Shown piece after piece: positions 55,929-64,000 of a stretch of DNA of 64,000 bases (the stretch's first letter is position 1; each line of letters opens with the position of its first letter). This stretch comes from an uncultured Nitrospiraceae bacterium (lineage in GTDB: Bacteria > Nitrospirota > Thermodesulfovibrionia > Thermodesulfovibrionales > SM23-35). Location of the stretch: NCBI GenBank assembly GCA_963727775.1, contig CAVSHB010000001.1, forward strand, positions 384,001 through 448,000. Reading direction: 5' to 3'. The notes under the pieces were generated by a model, which searched no databases, had not been told where the DNA came from, and saw only the letters and a program-made list of their open reading frames with translations. Position numbers and translations under genes: made by a program.

Positions 55929-56492
55929 ATGAATATGGGGAATATCAAATTAAAGAAAATCAATCTTCTCTCTACGGTATTCTTTATTCTAATCGCTGTT
56001 TTTTATCTGGCGCACGAGAAATCCACCCTCTCGAAACAGAATACCAATGATAACTTTGTCCCTGTCATATCGGTTTCCGACGGTGACACAATTGTCGTCT
56101 TAACCTATGGTAAAAAAGAAAAAGTCAGGTTTATAGGCATAGATGCGCCCGAATTGGCCCAGAAACCCTGGGGGGAAGAAGCGAAAAAATATCTGGAGGC
56201 CCTTTTGGGTTCTTCAGGATGGAGAGTCAGGCTTGAATTTGATATAGAAAAAAGGGATAAATATGGCCGTCTCCTTGCATATCTCTGGACAACCAAAAAT
56301 GAGATGCTCAACTTTCTCATAATAAAAAGCGGAAATGCGATGCTTTATACTGTTCCTCCGAATGTAAAATATACCGGTGAGCTGAGGGCCGCCCAGAATG
56401 AAGCACGTTCGAAAAGTCTCGGCATATGGAGCGGAAAGGGCTCAGAGAGAGCCCGTGGGATTACAGGAAAGAACACCCGAGAAGGTAGTTAA
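55929..56492 (+). CDS. Thermonuclease (SNase) family protein; C-terminus apparently frameshifted near 56433-56441
   Basis: N-terminal TM, VSDGDTI, VRFIGIDAPE, RDKYGRLLAY, GIWS. Family-like tail ESPWDYRK lies in the -1 frame. Confidence 0.9.
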   Translation: MNMGNIKLKKINLLSTVFFILIAVFYLAHEKSTLSKQNTNDNFVPVISVSDGDTIVVLTYGKKEKVRFIGIDAPELAQKPWGEEAKKYLEALLGSSGWRVRLEFDIEKRDKYGRLLAYLWTTKNEMLNFLIIKSGNAMLYTVPPNVKYTGELRAAQNEARSKSLGIWSGKGSERARGITGKNTREGS

Positions 56493-56497
56493 CAAGA

Positions 56498-57163
56498 TTA
56501 TTTTTCAGTGCACTCCGGCATTTCTGGATCAAAAACCTTTTTATGGTCCTTAAGAATCCGGCATACGTCGCTTACTTCATCTGCTATAGAAATTATATCC
56601 AAGTCCTCAGGGGAAAGCGTATCAGTCGGGATAAGGGTTGATTTGAACCAGTCTATGAGACCTTGCCAATAGTCTTTCCCGAAAAGTATTATCGGAAAGA
56701 CTCCGATCCTTTTCGTCTGAGAGAGCGTGAGGGCTTCGAACAATTCATCCATAGTCCCAAAACCGCCAGGGAATATAATGAATGCAATCGAATATTTAAC
56801 AAACATGAGTTTTCTTATAAAAAAGTATTTGAATGAGAGAGAAATATCCTGGAACTTGTTCGGATATTGCTCTGCGGGGATCTCTATATTCAGCCCTACG
56901 GATTTTCCTTCCCTCTGAAAAGCCCCTTTATTGGCGCCTTCCATTATGCCCGGGCCGCCGCCGGTAATGATCGAAAACCCTGCGTCAGAAAGTTTTTTGC
57001 CGAGTTCCGTTGCCTTTTCATAATAATAAGAGCCGGATTTTATTCGTGAGCTGCCGAATATAGCCACGGCGGGCCCAAGGCCGTTCAGTGTTTCGAACCC
57101 TTCAACCAGTTCGGATTGTATCCTGAAAACTCTCCACGTTTCCGAGTGCTTTAAATCTTCCAT
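56498..57163 (-). CDS. LOG family nucleotide phosphoribohydrolase (TIGR00730-like)
   Basis: IFGSSR, TGGGPGIMEGANKGA, FFIRKLMF, PGGFGTMDE. Confidence 0.92.
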   Translation of the reverse strand: MEDLKHSETWRVFRIQSELVEGFETLNGLGPAVAIFGSSRIKSGSYYYEKATELGKKLSDAGFSIITGGGPGIMEGANKGAFQREGKSVGLNIEIPAEQYPNKFQDISLSFKYFFIRKLMFVKYSIAFIIFPGGFGTMDELFEALTLSQTKRIGVFPIILFGKDYWQGLIDWFKSTLIPTDTLSPEDLDIISIADEVSDVCRILKDHKKVFDPEMPECTEK

Positions 57164-57261
57164 TAAGGTTCTCCTTTTTTCTATTGATTTTAAATAAAGT
57201 TCGACCCAAAAGTCATTATCGGAGAGAAGGCCGGAAAGTAAATCTGCTATAATAGTTAACA

Positions 57262-58917
57262 GTGGAAAATACTTTGTCTGTCATCCCGCTTGGCGGCGTT
57301 GAGGAGATCGGCCTCAACATGACCATCTTCGAATATAATAATGATATTATCGTCATTGACGCCGGTCTTATGTTCCCGGAGGAAGATACCCTCGGAGTGG
57401 ATTTTATAATCCCGGAATTATCTTACCTGATCAACAATAAAGAGAAAGTAAAAGCGGTCATTCTTACGCACGGGCATGAAGACCATACAGGCGCCTTGCC
57501 GTTTCTCTTAAAAGAGATAGCCGTCCCTGTTTACGGTACGCCCCTGACACTCGGATTAGTGAAAGAAAAACTCCGCGAGCATAACCTCGAAGACGCTGAA
57601 CTCATCTCTGTTATGCCGAGGGATATCGTAAACATAGGAGTTTTTTCGATAGAATTTGTGAGAGTCACTCACAGTATAGTAGACGGTGTCGGCCTCGGTA
57701 TAACAACGCCGGTAGGGCTTATTGTGCATACCGGAGATTTCAAGCTTGACCCGACCCCTGTTGACGGACAGCTTATGGATTTTCATAGGTTTTCCGAATA
57801 CGGTGAAAGGGGGACATTGCTTTTGCTGTCCGACAGCACAAACGCCGAGAAGGGTGGGTTTACATATTCCGAAAAAGAGGTGAGACGGGCGTTTGAGGAC
57901 ATATTTTCGAACACAAAGGGAAGAATCATCATTGCCACGTTTGCATCAAATATACATAGGATTCAGCAGGCAATTGATGTTGCCGTTAAATATGAAAGGA
58001 AAGTGATACTCTGTGGAAAAAGCATTGTATCGAACGCGCAGATAGCGCTGAACCTGGGATATCTGAGGATACCCGAAAATACATGGCTTAAGCTTGAAGA
58101 CCTCAAGAAGATGCCCGACAACGAAGTGGTCATTATTACGACGGGAAGCCAGGGTGAGCCGATGAGCGTACTTTCAAGGATTGCTACGGATGAACACAAA
58201 CACATCGTGGCTAAAGAGGGAGATACCGTTATATTATCCGCAAAGATGATACCGGGGAATGAACGTTCAATAGGAAAGATAATAAACCATCTCTTCAGGC
58301 GGGGCGCAAATGTTATCTATGAGAAAGTATCGGAGGTGCATGTTTCAGGGCACGCCTCAAAAGAAGAACTCAAACTTATGCTTAACATGGTCAAACCAAA
58401 GTACTTTATGCCCATACACGGCGAATACAGACATCTCGTATACCATTCAATGCTCGCGAGGAAACTCGACATTCCTAAGGAGAACATATTCATCCTGAGG
58501 AACGGAGATGTTGTTGAGATATCCGACAATGAAGCGAGAAAAAACGGGAACGTAAATTCAGGGCGTATATTCATAGATGGAAAAGGCATGGGGGGTGTTG
58601 AAGAGATGGTACTCCGTGACCGGCTGAGGCTTGCGCATGATGGGATTGTCCTGATACTTTTGGCAGTGGATAATCTGACGGGCAATATCATTTCCGGTCC
58701 TGATATCATATCAAGGGGATTTGTCTTCGAGGATGCTTCTCAGGAGATAATAAACAACGTTAAGGAACTCCTTGCAAATACAATAAAAGGACTGGGTGCG
58801 GAGTATATATCCGATTCATCTTTGCTTAAGGCAAAACTCAGGTCCACCCTTAAGAAATACCTGAGAGACACGATGGAAAGACGCCCGATGATAATGCCGA
58901 TTATCATCGAGGTATAA
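57262..58917 (+). CDS. rnj: Ribonuclease J
   Basis: PLGGVEEIGLN, THGHEDH, HTGDFK, TGSQGEP, HVSGHAS, PIHGEYR. Confidence 0.97.
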   Translation: MENTLSVIPLGGVEEIGLNMTIFEYNNDIIVIDAGLMFPEEDTLGVDFIIPELSYLINNKEKVKAVILTHGHEDHTGALPFLLKEIAVPVYGTPLTLGLVKEKLREHNLEDAELISVMPRDIVNIGVFSIEFVRVTHSIVDGVGLGITTPVGLIVHTGDFKLDPTPVDGQLMDFHRFSEYGERGTLLLLSDSTNAEKGGFTYSEKEVRRAFEDIFSNTKGRIIIATFASNIHRIQQAIDVAVKYERKVILCGKSIVSNAQIALNLGYLRIPENTWLKLEDLKKMPDNEVVIITTGSQGEPMSVLSRIATDEHKHIVAKEGDTVILSAKMIPGNERSIGKIINHLFRRGANVIYEKVSEVHVSGHASKEELKLMLNMVKPKYFMPIHGEYRHLVYHSMLARKLDIPKENIFILRNGDVVEISDNEARKNGNVNSGRIFIDGKGMGGVEEMVLRDRLRLAHDGIVLILLAVDNLTGNIISGPDIISRGFVFEDASQEIINNVKELLANTIKGLGAEYISDSSLLKAKLRSTLKKYLRDTMERRPMIMPIIIEV

Positions 58918-58941
58918 AGTAATTCAATTGATTACGGGTAT

Positions 58942-61005
58942 ATGGTTGAAAGGATAAAGCGAATAAAGGAAGAGGTTGCCGGCGTTGTATCAGTGATGGG
59001 AAGCCTTTATCTTTTCTTAAGTCTGGTTACACATTATATAGGAGACCCTGTCCCTTTTTTTCGGACTACCGAACCTCCTGAGCCTTTACGGAATCTCGGT
59101 GGGATAGTCGGCGCATATATTTCAGGCTGGCTGATTATACTGTTCGGACTTGCCGCTTATATCATTCCTTTACTGACGATTGCATTCGGTATTAAGAGGC
59201 TGCTGGGGAAAGAGGGACATAAGATTTATTTGCTCGGTGGCGTGCTGTTCACTATATCCTTTGCCGTATTGGCTTCGTTGCTGTCGAAAACCTTTACTGT
59301 CACAATTGGAAAATATCCCGACGGTATCGGAGGTCTCGCAGGAGGGATGGTGGCCTATTTTTCCGACCGGCTTCTATCGGTTCCCGGGGCATATATCTTT
59401 TCACTCTCTCTGTTCTTGTCTTCGATCATATTGATCAGTCCTGTATCTATTACTACGATCGCAATAGGCAATAAAGAAAAGAAGGAAAAAATCAAGGAGT
59501 ACATTGAAGAAGAAATTCCGGAAGCGCAGGACATACTCATCACAGAACCGGAACACGTTCCGCCGTCGGAACCTGTCCCACAGCCCGAAACGTTGATACC
59601 GAGAAAGATAGGGGGTTATCAATTTCCATCAATCGAACTTTTGAGTTTGCCTGATTCCATATCCGCGAGACCATCGGATGACGATCTCCTGAAAGATTCT
59701 TCTCTCATCGAGAAAAAACTTGAAGATTTTGGTGTTGTAGGCAAGATCACGAAGGTGAACCCGGGCCCTATTGTTACGATGTATGAGTTTGAACCGGCGC
59801 CCGGCATAAAGATAAACAGAATTGTATCCCTTGCGGATGATCTTGCCTTGGCTTTAAAGGCGCCGAGCGTGAGGGTTTCCCCAATTTCAGGAAGGGCTGT
59901 TATTGGCATAGAGGTGCCGAACAGGCAGAGGGATACGGTCGCATTGAGGGAAATACTTTCCTCGGAGGGCTTTAGAAAGAGCAGATCGAAACTTACCTTA
60001 GGCCTCGGCAAGGATATATCAGGCGCGCCTGTTGTGGCGGACTTGTCTAAAATGCCCCATCTTCTTGTCGCGGGTGCAACAGGCTCCGGCAAGAGCGTGG
60101 CGATTAATTCGATGATCATGAGCATATTGTATAAGACTGCGCCTTCTGAGGTGAAAATGTTGATGATAGACCCAAAGCTTATCGAATTATCTGCATACGA
60201 GGAAATCCCGCATCTTATCTCACCTGTCATAACTCATCCGAAAGAAGCGGCAGAGGCCTTAAAAAAGATGGTTATAGAGATGGAGCGCAGATACAGAGTG
60301 CTGGCCGAAAAGGCTGCAAGGAATATCGACAGTTATAACATGCAGGTGAAAGATGAAGAACAACTCCCTTATGTGGTCATTGTCATAGACGAACTCGCTG
60401 ATCTGATGTTCACTGCTCCTAACGACGTTGAGGATTCGATAGCGAGGCTTGCGCAGATGGGAAGGGCTTCGGGAATACACCTTATTCTCGCAACGCAGAG
60501 GCCGTCTGTTGATGTTATCACGGGCATAATAAAAGCAAACTTCCCTGCAAGGATCGCATTCCAGGTTTCGTCTAAGGTGGATGCAAGGACAATCCTCGAT
60601 TCACACGGAGCGGAACAACTCCTTGGCAAAGGAGACATGTTGCTGATGCTGCCGGGTGCAAGGATAATCCGGGTCCACGGGGCCTTTATCACAGAAGAAG
60701 AAACAAAGGCCGTTACTGAATTTGTAAAGTCCCAGGGGAGTCCCGATTACACAATCCTGGAAAGAATTCTGACTGTAGACAAGTCTGACGAGGACGAGAG
60801 ATCGGGGGAAAGAGACGAGATGTATCTGAAGGCGATCGAACTCGGCGAGTCTACCGGTGAGATATCAATATCTTCAATACAAAGGCGCCTCAAAATCGGC
60901 TATAACAGGGCCGCGAGGATTATGGAATTAATGGAAGAAGACGAGCTTGTCGGCCCCCAAAAAGGCGCCGGAAAACCGAGAGATTTTCTAAGGAGAAGGA
61001 AATAA
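58942..61005 (+). CDS. ftsK: DNA translocase FtsK
   Basis: N-terminal TM region, PHLLVAGATGSGKS, IDELADLM, ATQRPSVD, gamma domain QRRLKIGYNRAARI. Confidence 0.97.
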   Translation: MVERIKRIKEEVAGVVSVMGSLYLFLSLVTHYIGDPVPFFRTTEPPEPLRNLGGIVGAYISGWLIILFGLAAYIIPLLTIAFGIKRLLGKEGHKIYLLGGVLFTISFAVLASLLSKTFTVTIGKYPDGIGGLAGGMVAYFSDRLLSVPGAYIFSLSLFLSSIILISPVSITTIAIGNKEKKEKIKEYIEEEIPEAQDILITEPEHVPPSEPVPQPETLIPRKIGGYQFPSIELLSLPDSISARPSDDDLLKDSSLIEKKLEDFGVVGKITKVNPGPIVTMYEFEPAPGIKINRIVSLADDLALALKAPSVRVSPISGRAVIGIEVPNRQRDTVALREILSSEGFRKSRSKLTLGLGKDISGAPVVADLSKMPHLLVAGATGSGKSVAINSMIMSILYKTAPSEVKMLMIDPKLIELSAYEEIPHLISPVITHPKEAAEALKKMVIEMERRYRVLAEKAARNIDSYNMQVKDEEQLPYVVIVIDELADLMFTAPNDVEDSIARLAQMGRASGIHLILATQRPSVDVITGIIKANFPARIAFQVSSKVDARTILDSHGAEQLLGKGDMLLMLPGARIIRVHGAFITEEETKAVTEFVKSQGSPDYTILERILTVDKSDEDERSGERDEMYLKAIELGESTGEISISSIQRRLKIGYNRAARIMELMEEDELVGPQKGAGKPRDFLRRRK

Positions 61006-61140
61006 GAACTGCTATCACTTTCTGCTTTATTGAAATAATCCTGATATAATATTCGGTAGAAGGTTTTTATAACGGGTATCTTGCCAAAATCATTGTAAAT
61101 CTATTATTATTAATTTTAACCAAAATTTGAGGAGGGCAAT

Positions 61141-61362
61141 TTGAAGGAAGGAATTCATCCAGCATATAATGAAGTGACTGTTGTATGTGCCTGTGGTGAG
61201 ACATTTACAACGAAGTCGACGAGGCAGAATATACAGGTGGATATCTGCTCGAAGTGCCACCCGTTCTTTACAGGGAAACAGAAGATAGTAGACGCTGAAG
61301 GACGGGTAGAGAAGTTCAAAAAGAAATACGCGAAGGCAAAAGCGCTTCAAGCAGAAAAGTAG
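61141..61362 (+). CDS. rpmE: 50S ribosomal protein L31 (Zn-binding C+ type)
   Basis: [28 protein letters not shown]. Confidence 0.97.
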   Translation: MKEGIHPAYNEVTVVCACGETFTTKSTRQNIQVDICSKCHPFFTGKQKIVDAEGRVEKFKKKYAKAKALQAEK

Positions 61363-61376
61363 ATACACAGACATTT

Positions 61377-61440
61377 AAAAGTCGTTAGTCAATCGTTACA
61401 TGGCTAACGGCTTTTTATTTGCATTACAATGCAAATAAAA
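61377..61440 (+). terminator. Terminator-like hairpin after rpmE followed by a second AT-rich hairpin
   Basis: AAAAGTCGTTAGTCA / TGGCTAACGGCTTTTT, then TTTTATTTGCAT / ATGCAAATAAAA. Confidence 0.65.
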
Positions 61441-61481
61441 TATAAGTTACAAAATAAAGGTGAGGACGTTTTTGGATTAAA

Positions 61482-62360
61482 ATGAAAAACATAGGCGGAC
61501 AGGCAGTTATCGAAGGTGTTATGATGAAGGGCAGAAAGGGCTGGACCGTAGCTGTCAGGGGCCCAAAAGGGGAAATCCATGTCAAAAGAGAAGAACTGAA
61601 GGAACTGCCGAAGGTCTTCCGCTTGCCGCTCGTGAGGGGGTTTATTTCACTGTTTCATGCAATGTTTATCGGCGTAAAAGCGATCGAGTTTTCCGCGAAC
61701 AAGGCATACGAAGAGGAAGAAGGCAAGAACTTGAGCCCCCTGGCTATCGGCTTGACCATTGCTTTTTCCGTGCTCTTCGGAGTGGCTTTGTTTATACTAT
61801 TGCCTTTGTATGCAACAAAACTGCTTGGAATGATATTCACATCTGTCTCTAAAAGCTCGGTCATGTTTAATTTTGTTGACGGCATTATCAGGGTATTCAT
61901 TTTTTTATTGTATGTAATTTCAATCGGCATGTGGAAAGAAATGAGAAGGATATTCGAATACCATGGTGCGGAGCATAAGGTAATCCACGCATATGAGGAC
62001 GGCAAGGACCTGACATTCAAGAACATAAAAGACCACAGCCCCCTGCACCCCCGTTGCGGGACAAGCTTTCTCCTTATAGTCATGGTCATAAGCATATTCA
62101 CTTTTTCGTTTATTCCACAGGCATGGCCTTTTATTTACAAGTTTCTTTCGCGGCTTATCCTAATCCCCCTGATTGCGGGGCTTTCTTATGAATTTTTGCG
62201 GCTCTCTGCAAAAATGGAGCACAACATAATAATGCATGCTTTGATACAGCCGGGCCTGCTGCTTCAGAGGCTTACAACAAGAGAACCGGATGAAGCCCAA
62301 ATTGAGGTGGCTGTCAAAGCATTGCAGGAAGTTCTTGTAACAGAGGAAGCAAATGTTTGA
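61482..62360 (+). CDS. DUF1385 family membrane protein
   Basis: [38 protein letters not shown]; usual rpmE-prfA neighbourhood. Confidence 0.9.
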   Translation: MKNIGGQAVIEGVMMKGRKGWTVAVRGPKGEIHVKREELKELPKVFRLPLVRGFISLFHAMFIGVKAIEFSANKAYEEEEGKNLSPLAIGLTIAFSVLFGVALFILLPLYATKLLGMIFTSVSKSSVMFNFVDGIIRVFIFLLYVISIGMWKEMRRIFEYHGAEHKVIHAYEDGKDLTFKNIKDHSPLHPRCGTSFLLIVMVISIFTFSFIPQAWPFIYKFLSRLILIPLIAGLSYEFLRLSAKMEHNIIMHALIQPGLLLQRLTTREPDEAQIEVAVKALQEVLVTEEANV

Positions 62361-63414
62361 GAAGCTCAAGGCAATAGAAAAGAAATATGAAGAATTGACG
62401 ACGATGCTGATGGACCCTCAGGTGTTGTCAAAACCGGCTGAACTCCTGAAATACTCAAAAGAACAGTCTGAACTCCAGCCGCTCGCGGAGAAGATAAGTG
62501 AATATTTCAAGGTAGTTGCCGATATGGAGGGCGCCGAAGAAATTCTTCAGGGTGGAGACGGAGACCTGCAAGAGCTTGCACAGGCGGAACTTGAAGAGCT
62601 GACGATGAAAAAACCCCGGCTGGAAGAAGAACTGAAGTTTATGCTATTGCCGAAAGACCCCCGCGACGAAAGGAATGTAATCCTTGAGATAAGGGCGGGG
62701 ACAGGGGGAGAGGAAGCGGCCCTGTTTGCATCCGGTCTCCTGAGGATGTATATGAAATACGCCGAGCGCAAAAGGTGGAAAGTTGAAACGATAGATCTGA
62801 ATGCAACAGGTCTCAGCGGCATTAAGGAGGTAATCATTTCCATTCAGGGTAAAAACGCTTACAGCAGGCTTAAATACGAAAGCGGCGTGCACAGAGTCCA
62901 GCGCGTGCCCGTTACAGAGGCGTCGGGAAGGATACATACCTCTGCGGCAACGGTTGCGGTGCTTCCTGAAGCAGAGGAAGTTGATATTAAAATTGAAGAG
63001 AAAGATCTGAGGGTTGATACCTTCTGCTCTTCCGGGCCCGGCGGCCAGGGGGTCAATACGACCTATTCTGCCGTCAGAATTGTCCATGTCCCTACAGGAC
63101 TTGTTGTTCAATGCCAGGATGAACGTTCACAGATAAAGAATAGGGCAAAGGCCATGAAGGTCCTTCGTTCAAGGCTTTATGAAGTCGAAATGGAAAGACA
63201 GGAGAAAGAAAGGGCCTCAGAGAGAAAATCGCAGGTGGGCACCGGCGACAGGAGTGAAAAGATAAGGACATATAATTTCCCGCAGAACCGCCTTACCGAT
63301 CACAGGATCGGTTTTACCCTCCACAAGCTTGAACAGGTATTGGAAGGTGATATCGACGAGATAATCGAAAGCCTTATTACTTACTATCAGACGGAAAAGC
63401 TGAAAGAGCTTTGA
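62353..63414 (+). CDS. prfA: Peptide chain release factor 1
   Basis: [14 protein letters not shown] tripeptide (RF1-type), [11 protein letters not shown]. Confidence 0.97.
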   Translation: MFEKLKAIEKKYEELTTMLMDPQVLSKPAELLKYSKEQSELQPLAEKISEYFKVVADMEGAEEILQGGDGDLQELAQAELEELTMKKPRLEEELKFMLLPKDPRDERNVILEIRAGTGGEEAALFASGLLRMYMKYAERKRWKVETIDLNATGLSGIKEVIISIQGKNAYSRLKYESGVHRVQRVPVTEASGRIHTSAATVAVLPEAEEVDIKIEEKDLRVDTFCSSGPGGQGVNTTYSAVRIVHVPTGLVVQCQDERSQIKNRAKAMKVLRSRLYEVEMERQEKERASERKSQVGTGDRSEKIRTYNFPQNRLTDHRIGFTLHKLEQVLEGDIDEIIESLITYYQTEKLKEL

Positions 63415-63489
63415 ATGGATAAATCGTATATCGAGGAAAATCTGAAGTTTTCCATTGATTTTTATTTTAGAGGTATGTTAATTTTATAA

Positions 63490-64000
63490 ATGCGTAAATT
63501 TTCGATTAGTCTTTTTTTCGCCATAACTGCAGCTCTCTTAAGTATTGTGCCTGCTGTCTATAGCAAAGAGAAAGATGCCTCTGAGATCGTTAAGTGCGAC
63601 ACGATAACGAAGGAAGAAGCTACCAATATACTCAAGGATTCTTTCCCTGACATAAATGTCGTGGATACGCGCCTTGCTCCTGTTAAAGGTTTATGGGAAG
63701 TTGTTCTGGAAAGCAAAGGTCAGAAAGGGATCGTCTATATTGATTGTTCTAAAAGATACCTCATATCAGGCTTCGTATTAGACATTAAAAGCAAGGTAAA
63801 TTTAACCCAGGAAAGATTTATTGAGGTCTCAAAAGTTGACGTATCAAAAATCCCATTGGACGATGCATTGGCTATGGGAGATAAGAATGCAAAACATCGT
63901 ATTATTGTTTTTGACGACCCCGAATGACCATACTGTGAAAAACTTCATCAGGAGATGAAGAAGGTCTTGGAAAAAAGAAAAGATATTGTATTCTTGATAA
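63490..64000 (+). CDS. DsbC/DsbG-like periplasmic thiol:disulfide oxidoreductase, probable selenoprotein (UGA at 63925-63927); truncated by window end
   Basis: Signal peptide, DsbC N-terminal domain (PVKGLWEV..IVYID..YLISG..NLTQ), then IIVFDDPE-TGA-PYCEKLHQEMKKV in frame with no further stop to 64000. Confidence 0.88.
63943..63960 (+). promoter_or_regulatory. Candidate bacterial SECIS element
   Basis: Perfect 7-bp stem CTTCATC/GATGAAG with AGGA loop; loop begins 22 nt after the in-frame TGA. Confidence 0.7.

Noticed and set aside
63925..63927. Genome-wide UGA recoding (genetic code 4 or 25) or simple nonsense pseudogene
   Set aside because: TGA is a true stop in rpsJ, rplE, infA, prfA and pilB2. 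The position at the catalytic Cys plus the adjacent hairpin favours Sec, though a nonsense mutation is not formally excluded.

Overview
Bacterial chromosomal window of moderate GC content. Gene content and protein style suggest an anaerobic Nitrospirota (Thermodesulfovibrionia-like) or deltaproteobacterial lineage; this is inference only. Layout: (1) 5' end of a CoA-activase-type ATPase gene on the minus strand. (2) A ~20.6 kb two-partner secretion locus: tpsB, a giant ~6,090-aa repeat-rich TpsA split by a single -1 frameshift at a G6 tract, and a Spy/CpxP-like periplasmic protein. (3) HAD phosphatase, DUF4139 protein, isolated glyQ and an isolated VorB-like gene. (4) The str/S10/spc/alpha ribosomal superoperon (rpsL to rplQ), lacking rpmD and adk. 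(5) yraN and a toprim gene. (6) A type IV pilus cluster with two tandem pilB paralogues whose first ~500 bp are identical, then pilT, pilC, pilS, pilR. (7) fdhD, thermonuclease, LOG, rnj, ftsK, rpmE, DUF1385, prfA. (8) A DsbC-like gene whose apparent TGA stop sits at the catalytic Cys position (U-P-Y-C) and is followed by a SECIS-like hairpin, so it is probably a selenoprotein running off the window end. No rRNA, tRNA, CRISPR array or transposase was recognised.
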